Source: Candidatus Uhrbacteria bacterium (GTDB taxonomy: Bacteria; Patescibacteriota; Patescibacteriia; UBA9934; GWF2-40-263). From it: 45,792 nt of DNA. Positions within the stretch are counted from its first letter, which is position 1. Each line of letters starts with the position of its first letter. Positions 26,851 through 34,199 of this stretch are shown piece by piece. The notes below the pieces were generated by a model. The model was not told the origin of the DNA. It worked only from the letters and a program-made list of their open reading frames with translations, and made no database searches. The stretch covers positions 1 through 45,792 of the forward strand of contig JAZDEQ010000067.1 of NCBI GenBank assembly GCA_043808565.1, in the 5' to 3' direction. The translations under genes and the position numbers were made by a program.

Positions 26851-27933
26851 TTAAAATATTGATTCATCCGAACCAACCTTATTACGAATAATACATTCAA
26901 TTTCATAAGCATCTGCGTGCGAGCAAAAACCTAAATACGACTGAAAATTATTTCTGTCAGAACGATAAATAGCTCGTTTGGCTGTGGTTGGTCGAACCAA
27001 AATTACTTCCGGCAAGATAACGTATCCGAGAAAATCAACACCCTGCGTCCAAGTTGTTATAAAAACCTTATCAGGATGTAGGCGAACCTTAAGCCGACTT
27101 TGAAGAAATGTGTCAATCTTTTTTGCCAATTCCATTCCTTCGGATATTGATTGGGCTAAGATAACAAAATCATCACAGTAACGAACATAATGTTTTAGAC
27201 CTAATTTCTGTTTTACAAACCAATCCAATTCGTGAAGATAAATATTGGCAAAAAGCTGGCTAGTTAAGTTACCAAGCGGAATGCCCGTTTCGGGTGTGGT
27301 AGAAAAACTTCTTACAATATTACGAATAACAGCCATTGTTTTTTGATCGTGTATTCGTTTAGTGAGTAGCTCTAACAAAACAGCGTGGTTAACTGAAGCA
27401 AAAAACTTTTTAATATCGCATTTCACGGCATAGACAGTTTTGGTGTTATTTTCTGAAGCTTGTCGAAGAAAAAATCGAAGTCGTTTAACTGCGGCATGAG
27501 TACCCTTACCAACACGACAAGAATAGCTGTCAAAAATAAACCGTTTTTCAAATAGCAGTTCAATAACATTTACAATCGCTTGATGAACAACTCTATCCCG
27601 AACCAATGCTTTATGAATTGTTCTTTGTTTTGGATCATGAATAGTGAACGGGGTGTATTGGCTGTGATAATAATAACCGTCGGTTAATTCGTTTTGAAGC
27701 TGAAAAATATTGTCCTCAAGATTTTTTTCAAACAACATCACATCTTCTCGTCTGCGTTTGCCGTTTCGGAATAATTCCCAAGCCAAAAATAAATTATTGG
27801 TAGTCACTATTTGTTCGAACAAATTATTTTCTTTTTGATTATGGATAAGGTTAACACTCTCCCTTTCTCCAAAAAATTTGAGGCCGAGCGCAAGTTGTTC
27901 AACGGCGGGCCCGGCGATATCCCGATTGTTCAT
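26851..27933 (-). CDS. DGR reverse transcriptase (full length)
   Basis: 360-aa ORF with IPLGNLTSQLFANIYL (the DGR-typical xGNLTSQ motif) and YVRYCDDFVI (YxDD). By alignment with the locus-1 RT, the true start is probably the TTG at 27822 (MFEQIVTTNNLF), inside the perfect palindrome TTGTTCGAACAA (27811..27822). Confidence 0.9.
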   Translation of the reverse strand: MNNRDIAGPAVEQLALGLKFFGERESVNLIHNQKENNLFEQIVTTNNLFLAWELFRNGKRRREDVMLFEKNLEDNIFQLQNELTDGYYYHSQYTPFTIHDPKQRTIHKALVRDRVVHQAIVNVIELLFEKRFIFDSYSCRVGKGTHAAVKRLRFFLRQASENNTKTVYAVKCDIKKFFASVNHAVLLELLTKRIHDQKTMAVIRNIVRSFSTTPETGIPLGNLTSQLFANIYLHELDWFVKQKLGLKHYVRYCDDFVILAQSISEGMELAKKIDTFLQSRLKVRLHPDKVFITTWTQGVDFLGYVILPEVILVRPTTAKRAIYRSDRNNFQSYLGFCSHADAYEIECIIRNKVGSDESIF

Positions 27934-28287
27934 ACTGTTTACGACATTTATGTTTCTTGGAATGAAATCATTTTAAAGTTTCCGAAATCGCAACGCTATA
28001 CACTTGGTGAAACTTGTTCCAAATATATTTTAACAATTCTTGAAAACTTACTCTTCGCCGCTTCGGCCGGTGAAATATCTGAAAAACTTCCAAAACTGAA
28101 AACCGTTAGCGCAGAAATCGACACCTTAAAACTTCTCGTTCGACTGGCAAAGGACTGCAAATGTATTGCCAATAATCAATATCAAAAAATTGAATCACTA
28201 CTAAACGAAACCGGAAAAATGTTGGGTGGCTGGATAAAATCATTTGGTAAAGGAAATGAAAATGAAGACGAAAAGGAGCACCTGTAG
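27841..28287 (+). CDS. avd: Avd-like accessory variability determinant (four-helix-bundle protein)
   Basis: FPKSQRYTLGE.., ..LVRLAKDCKCIANNQYQKIESLLNETGKMLGGW, collinear with the locus-1 Avd. The start is uncertain: ATG 27841, TTG 27895, or the track's TTG 27811. It is divergent from and abuts the RT. Confidence 0.8.
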   Translation: MDKVNTLPFSKKFEAERKLFNGGPGDIPIVHTVYDIYVSWNEIILKFPKSQRYTLGETCSKYILTILENLLFAASAGEISEKLPKLKTVSAEIDTLKLLVRLAKDCKCIANNQYQKIESLLNETGKMLGGWIKSFGKGNENEDEKEHL

Positions 28288-28300
28288 GTACTCCTTTTTT
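28271..28300. terminator. Hairpin between the avd stop and TR2
   Basis: AAAAGGAGCACC-TGTA-GGTACTCCTTTT with one internal mismatch and T-runs on both strands. It occupies the same position as the hairpin at 1038..1072 in locus 1. Confidence 0.45.
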
Positions 28301-28308
28301 AATGAGAA

Positions 28309-28433
28309 CTCCCTGCGGACGGGCATGGCGTTCTTGTAGAATCGGTTGTCGACATAGTTGCCGTTCAGCTTCGCCCTGTCGTCGTTCCGCCAGACATTCG
28401 GCGAGTTAGACCACTCGTCGTAGTCGGGAACGC
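28309..28433 (-). repeat. DGR template repeat TR2 (125 bp)
   Basis: It aligns without gaps to 28853..28977. All 16 mismatches are T on the + strand (A in the sense strand) in this copy. The sense translation is Asn-rich: VPDYDEWSNSPNVWRNDDRAKLNGNYVDNRFYKNAMPVRRE. Confidence 0.92.
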
Positions 28434-28837
28434 GTCCAGTTACATTTCATTCTTCCAAGACACCGGGCACAGACGCATCCATACCCTGAATTTTATGTGA
28501 AACCCTCTGACCAAGAATCAACAAACACTTTTTTATTGGTTTGGTTTCAAAATGAAATGCGGAGTGCTCATTAATCCGTTCCGTACACTTCTGTCTTCAA
28601 GAGAAAGCAGAACCCTGACGGCGTTTAGGATTACGAGAGATTTCGGCGGCCAGTATCCGTGAACACTGGTACATTAGCCTACTTTCCAATCATTAGTTTA
28701 TCAAAATTTTCTCAAAAAGAAGAGCCGCATTCGAAGATGCGACTCTGGGGTCGAAAATTCGGATGCGGCGAGGTGCTTCGCACCGGAAAGCCAAGTGGCA
28801 AATTGCCAAGGCTTCCAAGTGCAAAGCATTCAAGTGT

Positions 28838-29665
28838 CTAGAGCTTGTTGGGCTCCCTGCGGACGGGCATGGCGCGCTCGTAGAATCGGCAGTCGACATA
28901 GTCGCCGCTCAGCTCCGCCCTGCCGCCGCCCCGCCAGACACCCGGCGAGAGAGACCACTCGTCGTAGTCGGGAACGCTGAGAAGGAGTGCGGCCATGATG
29001 GCATAAGGAATCTTTTCTCCATCCATTTGGCGTACCCACTCCGGATGCTGGCTGGCGGCAAAGAGGGGCTCAAAATCGGCAAGGTGTCCAATTTGCTTCT
29101 GTTGAACCTCAGCGAGAACCGTACCATCGCGTCGGTTCCAGTTGGCGCCGAAGTCCACGATGTGCAGGGCGAGTTCGTTCGGAACGAACGTGCGGGCACC
29201 TTCTATAAGCTTGATTCGCTTGTCATCGACACCGTTCGCGTAGGCTGCGTCCCATTCCGAATACTTTTCACTGTGAGCCGTCCGCATCAACGCACGGCCA
29301 AAGAGGAGTGTTGCGGGCACGGATTCGCGGTTGGAGACGATGACCGGAGCGAGCAGGCGGGACTTCGGCAATTCGGCCTCGAAGAGTTCGAACAGCCCAC
29401 GATCACGAGCCTTCGCGAGCATGATGTCGATCATGTCACCAGTCACACCTTCGTACTCACGCGCCATCGCCACGACGTCGTCGAGGGGTGACCAGATGCC
29501 GTGGATGAGACGGAAAACGGGATCTAGCATGGCAGTATCGAACATTGCCTTCATGATGCCCGGATTCTGATTGATCTTCCGACCCTGTTCGGCAGTGAAG
29601 AACTCACCCATGATCCGCTTGAGCTCGGTGAGTTCGCCGTCACGCAGGTTCGAGAAATGAGACAT
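28838..29665 (-). CDS. DGR target (variable) protein 2
   Basis: 275-aa GC-rich ORF whose last ~45 codons are VR2 (..VPDYDEWSLSPGVWRGGGRAELSGDYVDCRFYERAMPVRREPNKL). Eleven residues differ from the TR2-encoded sequence. No signal peptide or TM segment is evident. Confidence 0.85.
   Translation of the reverse strand: MSHFSNLRDGELTELKRIMGEFFTAEQGRKINQNPGIMKAMFDTAMLDPVFRLIHGIWSPLDDVVAMAREYEGVTGDMIDIMLAKARDRGLFELFEAELPKSRLLAPVIVSNRESVPATLLFGRALMRTAHSEKYSEWDAAYANGVDDKRIKLIEGARTFVPNELALHIVDFGANWNRRDGTVLAEVQQKQIGHLADFEPLFAASQHPEWVRQMDGEKIPYAIMAALLLSVPDYDEWSLSPGVWRGGGRAELSGDYVDCRFYERAMPVRREPNKL
28853..28977 (-). repeat. DGR variable repeat VR2 (125 bp)
   Basis: Identical to TR2 except at 16 positions, all TR adenines in the sense strand (12 A->G, 2 A->C, 2 A->T). 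Both ends are invariant. Confidence 0.92.
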
Positions 29666-30019
29666 GATTAACTCCCTGATTGCCGCTTGGCTGACCGTTC
29701 CGGGTACTTCCCGTTGGGCTGACCTTTTTGTTGAAAGCGGCCTTTTGCTTCAAAAATTTTGGAGCAAAAAGCCGCCTTTAACACAGAACTTGTTTAAATG
29801 AACAGGGATGAATTATAGCAGAAAATAGCCAAAAAGTCAATGTTTTGACCCAGGTTTGGCGGTTTTTGCTAGGAATTTGGTTGTTTTCTTCGAACAGAAA
29901 ACAGTTTAGGCGAAAAAATTTAATCCTTGTTAACTTTGGTTTGTTAATATCAAACCGGTCAATCAGTATTAAAAAACAAATCAGTTTTCACTGAAAAATA
30001 AAATTTTATGTCAGATATA

Positions 30020-31273
30020 TTAAAATAACCCGGCTTGTTTTGGTTTTTTCCTTTCTGCTTCTGAAAAAATATTAATTTCACCAAAAATTCCATCGTAACC
30101 AGGTTTAATATTTACTTGGCCTTCGCGGGTACGGCGAATGGCTTCGGGAATAAGTGAGTTTGAAGAATATTTGGCAATTTCTTCAAACGATTTATCAAGT
30201 AAAATCGAAAATTCATTACCCAATGAATTAATTAAATGATCGTATTCGGCCGCGACTTTTTTTGAAGCCGGACCAACAGCAAAAGCTTCAGCAATAATTT
30301 CACGCAGAGGAATAATTGATTTAAAAGGAATTTTTTGACTGGCAACGCTGGCCGCTTCACGATCAGCCAAAATCTCAACTCGGTTTTCCACGCCCAAAGT
30401 CATTAATTTTTTACATTTTGGACAACGACCATCGAGACGCTTTGATTCCTTGGGCGAACAAGAAAACTTACAAGCGGCGCAACCATCAAAATGATACTTC
30501 CCTTCTTCGGGAAAAAATTCAATGGTCGATAAAAACCGTTTTTTATCTTGCTCGCGCAAAACTCGCACAATTTCGTCATAACTCGGCTTCTCTAAAGCAA
30601 AAACATTAGCTTCGCGCCCAAGTTTATCAAGTGAATGCGCATCAGAATTTGAAACCAAAACCCCTTTATCCAAGGCCGACAGCTGCCAATTCATCTGCGG
30701 ATCAGACGATAAACCGGTTTCAATCGCAAAAATTTCTGGTGTCATTTTACCAAAGCATTCCTCGAGCGAATCAAAGCCTGATTTGCTACCAAACACCGAA
30801 AACCACGGCGTCCAAGCATGAGCCGGAACAATAATAATTCGCTCATCAATTTCTTTAAGAAACGCATAAAAATCTTCACAGTCAAAACCCAAAATCGGCC
30901 GACCATCGGATTTTAAATTATATTTTCGATTACTAAGTTCTAAATTAACTTTTTCGACCGCCTCAATCGACGGCGCAAAAATAACCAAATGAACCCGCCG
31001 AGTTTTTCCGCCACGTTTATAAATATGACTAGTTTCAGTAGTCAAAATAAACCGTGTTTTTGACGAACCGTCTTTTAAAACAAAAAGACCCGGTTCTTTC
31101 TCCACCAAAGTCTCCTTAATGTGTTTAAACCAAGCCGGATGCGTCCAGTCCGACGTAGTTACAATATCAATCCCTTTACGTTCACAAGCCTTGGCAATTT
31201 TTGGCAATTCCAATTCCTTCGAGCAAGCCCGAGAATATTTGGAGTGGATGTGGAAATCGGTGATAAGGCGCAT
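30020..31273 (-). CDS. PHP-domain nuclease, endonuclease Q-like (TIGR00375-like)
   Basis: 417 aa with N-terminal DFHIHSKYSRACS (a PHP metal site), VPAHAWTPWFS, SDAHS and the Zn-ribbon-like CAACKFSC..CPKCKK. The family is assigned from memory of EndoQ motifs. Confidence 0.55.
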   Translation of the reverse strand: MRLITDFHIHSKYSRACSKELELPKIAKACERKGIDIVTTSDWTHPAWFKHIKETLVEKEPGLFVLKDGSSKTRFILTTETSHIYKRGGKTRRVHLVIFAPSIEAVEKVNLELSNRKYNLKSDGRPILGFDCEDFYAFLKEIDERIIIVPAHAWTPWFSVFGSKSGFDSLEECFGKMTPEIFAIETGLSSDPQMNWQLSALDKGVLVSNSDAHSLDKLGREANVFALEKPSYDEIVRVLREQDKKRFLSTIEFFPEEGKYHFDGCAACKFSCSPKESKRLDGRCPKCKKLMTLGVENRVEILADREAASVASQKIPFKSIIPLREIIAEAFAVGPASKKVAAEYDHLINSLGNEFSILLDKSFEEIAKYSSNSLIPEAIRRTREGQVNIKPGYDGIFGEINIFSEAERKKPKQAGLF

Positions 31274-31276
31274 ATT

Positions 31277-31993
31277 CTAAACACTTATTACTCCTCGCCC
31301 GGTTTCTAAATTAAATGGCGGCCAAATTCTTTTGTTTATTTTTTTCCGCCAGAAGTCATCAGATAAATATTCTGGTTTTATATTTAAAGAAGCGTCTTCG
31401 GGATACAAAAAATCATAAGTTCTGCAATATGTTTCTTCGCCTAAACCATCATCCGGATCAAGATCTTTGTGCCCTATTAGAGTAAAGGCCGGAAATCGTC
31501 TTAATTTCTCAATAAAATAATCGACATTTCGACGAGAATTTTCGCCAACCACCACTCGAAAACCTATCTTTTTAACAATTGTTCTTAGGGTTTGAAAAAA
31601 ATCTTCGGTAATATTTTTACCTCTAATCAAATCACTATCTGAATATCCGTGAACAAAAGCTATCGGTAACGCACCGTTTTCAAAAACCTCTGTGATTCTT
31701 TGAAGATCAAAATTTAAAATATTGTCCTTTTTGTCGCCATAACAAACAGAAACAGAAACGCCGTCAATGTCGTTATGAGGACCGAGAAATCCAACCTTTA
31801 TTTCTCTGGGGTCAATGTTGGGTAACGCTAATAAACTCTTTGGCACAAAAATTTTCACTTCCTCTTCGGTAAAATCCAAAGCCGGCAAATCTTCTTGTTT
31901 ATGTCTTTCAAGAAATTGAACTAAAAGTCTTCTTTGTTCAGTTTTATAGGCTTCAACAAAACCTTGGCGTTCGACTTCAAAACTCTCTGTCAT
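31277..31993 (-). CDS. Hypothetical protein, in an operon with the EndoQ-like gene
   Basis: 238-aa ORF ending 3 nt before the next start. I see no confident motif. Confidence 0.45.
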   Translation of the reverse strand: MTESFEVERQGFVEAYKTEQRRLLVQFLERHKQEDLPALDFTEEEVKIFVPKSLLALPNIDPREIKVGFLGPHNDIDGVSVSVCYGDKKDNILNFDLQRITEVFENGALPIAFVHGYSDSDLIRGKNITEDFFQTLRTIVKKIGFRVVVGENSRRNVDYFIEKLRRFPAFTLIGHKDLDPDDGLGEETYCRTYDFLYPEDASLNIKPEYLSDDFWRKKINKRIWPPFNLETGRGVISV

Positions 31994-32083
31994 ATTTTTA
32001 TTTCAATCAAACATCTTTTCGCGACCCAAACGTGAGTGTTAAATATTTTTAATGCTTGAACAAAAAATCCTTAATCTAGAAAT

Positions 32084-32833
32084 TCAACCCCCAACCACTC
32101 CCTCAGCCAACTTCAACTGTTCAAACGTATTCACCCCAAGCCCTTCGCGCGGATCGTCAACCGGAATTGCTTCTACTAACAATCCCTGTTCGATCGCCAG
32201 ACCGATTAAATCAGTCAAATAAAATTCGCCTTGAGCATTCTGATTTTTAATTTTATCAATATTTTGTTTAACCCAAGCAATATCAAAACAATAATAGCCT
32301 GGATTAACTTCGGTTATGGCAAGCTCGGCATCAGAAGCGTCACGTTTTTCAACAATTTTTTTAACATTATCATCTCCGTTTCGAACAATCCGACCAAAAT
32401 CATAAAAGGCTTTGCGCCAGTCATTAAAATCAGGCAACTGGACCGTCATCATAATTACTGGCGCGGTTTTGGCTTCACAGAAATCGACCAATTTTTTAAT
32501 GGTATGAGCGGAAACAAAAGCATGATCACCATAAAGAACCAAAACCCGACCGGTACTGCCAATAAACGGTAGTGCACATTGAAGGGCGTGAGCTGTACCC
32601 AATTGTTCTGGTTGCAAAGCAAACTCACAACGGCCTGATAAATGTTCGGCAATCAAATCAGATCCGTGACCAATAACCACAACTGGTTTATTTTCAATAC
32701 CAGAACCAGCAACCGAATCCAAAAGATGATCAATCATCGGCCGACCGTTGATAGGAATAAGAACCTTGGGAATTTCTGCCCCCATGCGTTTGCCTTGCCC
32801 AGCGGCGAGAATGACGGTGTAAAAATTTTGCAT
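32084..32833 (-). CDS. Sugar-phosphate nucleotidyltransferase (GlmU N-terminal-domain-like)
   Basis: 249 aa with VILAAGQGKRMGAEIPKVLIPINGRPM and GTAHAL. It has no left-handed beta-helix acetyltransferase domain. Confidence 0.75.
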   Translation of the reverse strand: MQNFYTVILAAGQGKRMGAEIPKVLIPINGRPMIDHLLDSVAGSGIENKPVVVIGHGSDLIAEHLSGRCEFALQPEQLGTAHALQCALPFIGSTGRVLVLYGDHAFVSAHTIKKLVDFCEAKTAPVIMMTVQLPDFNDWRKAFYDFGRIVRNGDDNVKKIVEKRDASDAELAITEVNPGYYCFDIAWVKQNIDKIKNQNAQGEFYLTDLIGLAIEQGLLVEAIPVDDPREGLGVNTFEQLKLAEGVVGG

Positions 32834-32878
32834 AAATTATTAATCGATCTAAAATTTTATCTTTTTAAATATATTTCT

Positions 32879-33418
32879 TTATATTTTTCTACGGTTTTTT
32901 GTTTTCAAGGAAACCGCCTTTTTTAATTCAATAAAATCAATGTCATTCTTTTGTGTATCATAAATCGCAAAAGTAGCCACACCGGTTTTATGAGCCGAAA
33001 TTTCGCCCGGATTAACTATTAAACAGTTACCAATCAGGGTTTTACTTTTGTTATGATCGTGCCCATAAAAAACCGCATCAAAAATTCCTGATTGTGCCAT
33101 GGGCTTGGTCAAATCAGGAAAATGCGTAATAAATATTTTTCTTTTATCAAAAACTAAAAAATCGTAAACATTGTCGCTCATGGTTAAATTACTTCCCTTG
33201 CCCATCGAGGTTTTAGTTATCACGACCTTATCGCCATCATTATTTCCCCAAATCGCAAAAGTCGGAATCGCCGAGGCGGCCAAAACTTTAGCGAGTCCGC
33301 CGTTAATAAAATCACCGAGAAAAATAATTTGTTTAATTTTTCTTTTTTTAATTTCTTTTAAAGCCAAAAGAAGATTATGATAATTTTCGTGGATATCGGA
33401 AATAACGGCAATTTTCAT
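32879..33418 (-). CDS. Metallophosphoesterase (YfcE/MJ0936 family)
   Basis: 179 aa with AVISDIHEN, FLGDF, GNNDGD and YGHDH. Confidence 0.8.
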   Translation of the reverse strand: MKIAVISDIHENYHNLLLALKEIKKRKIKQIIFLGDFINGGLAKVLAASAIPTFAIWGNNDGDKVVITKTSMGKGSNLTMSDNVYDFLVFDKRKIFITHFPDLTKPMAQSGIFDAVFYGHDHNKSKTLIGNCLIVNPGEISAHKTGVATFAIYDTQKNDIDFIELKKAVSLKTKNRRKI

Positions 33419-33522
33419 AAATTACTCCAAATTAACCCCACAATCACACCAAAAACAAAAGCCGTGAGGTAGCGGGCTATGGCACATAAAAAACAATGTT
33501 TTTTTTTGATTTCTTCAGTCAT
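33415..33522 (-). CDS. Possible 35-aa single-TM micro-protein, translationally coupled to the phosphoesterase
   Basis: MTEEIKKKHCFLCAIARYLTAFVFGVIVGLIWSNL. Its TGA overlaps the downstream ATG (ATGA). There is no homology evidence. Confidence 0.3.
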   Translation of the reverse strand: MTEEIKKKHCFLCAIARYLTAFVFGVIVGLIWSNL

Positions 33523-33588
33523 AATTGCCTACTTAGGGTAACAAAAAAACCACAAAAGTGGAAGGAGACGCCTAACTTCTAACCCCAT

Positions 33589-33628
33589 TCATTAACCCCT
33601 CACTCAACCTCTCCCCCGGGGAGAGGGG
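33589..33628. repeat. DUF559-flanking repeat, left copy (TCATTAACCCCTCACTCAACCTCTCCCCCGGGGAGAGGGG)
   Basis: Shares the AACCCCTCAC..TCTCCCCCGGGGAGAGG core with 4909..4953 and 34052..34087, and with an inverted copy at 34101..34162. Confidence 0.7.
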
Positions 33629-33651
33629 CTAAACAAGGCGGAAGGATACAA

Positions 33652-34023
33652 CTAGACAATAAAGTTAAGTACGTTCTTAATACTATCAAGAACCGCATTT
33701 ATATTTTTTAAAACCTCGATGTTCCTAAACCGCAAAACTTTAAAACCAAGGGTTTCTAATTCTTCTGTTTTATACCGATCAAATTCTTTTGCTTCACTAT
33801 TTTCGTGAATTTCTCCATCCACTTCAATAACCAATCTCTTGGATCGGCAACAAAAATCAACAATATACCTTCGAAGACCAAATTGGCGATAAAATCTGAC
33901 GCCTAATTTTTTACCACGCAGTTGCTGCCAAAGCACCCGTTCGGCTTCTGTACTATTTCTTCTTAATTTTCTTCGTAGATCTGTTAGATAATTCGGATTT
34001 AATATTATTTCATCGTTTAGCAT
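33652..34023 (-). CDS. DUF559 (Vsr-like) endonuclease-domain protein
   Basis: 123 aa with STEAERVLWQQLRGKKL.., RFYRQ, YIVDFCC, LVIEVDGEIH and LGFKVLRFRNIEV. Confidence 0.82.
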   Translation of the reverse strand: MLNDEIILNPNYLTDLRRKLRRNSTEAERVLWQQLRGKKLGVRFYRQFGLRRYIVDFCCRSKRLVIEVDGEIHENSEAKEFDRYKTEELETLGFKVLRFRNIEVLKNINAVLDSIKNVLNFIV

Positions 34024-34051
34024 AAATATTTTTGACCTAATTTTCTCTCCA

Positions 34052-34162
34052 CCAACCCCTCACCCAACCTCTCCATCAGGGAGAGGAGTTAAAATGATCT
34101 TCTCTCCCCGGGGGAGAGATAAGAGAGAGGGGTTGAGAGAGACCAAAGAAAGGGGTGAGGTG
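34052..34162. repeat. DUF559-flanking repeats, right side (one direct copy plus one inverted copy)
   Basis: The direct copy is CCAACCCCTCACCCAACCTCTCCATCAGGGAGAGG (34052..34087). The inverted copy is the palindrome TCTCTCCCCGGGGGAGAGA (34101..34119) followed by GAGAGGGGTTGAGAGAG..AGGGGTGAGGTG. Confidence 0.65.
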
Positions 34163-34199
34163 TAAGCCAATCGATACAACGACAGAATTGTGGAAAAGG

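Noticed and set aside
28659-29570. ORFs 28659..28841, 28693..28899, 28763..29491, 28795..28980, 28830..29039, 28909..29199 and 29331..29570
   Set aside because: These are antisense or off-frame shadows of DGR target 2 and of the VR-TR spacer. None has a motif, and the 28838..29665 frame is the one that carries the VR.
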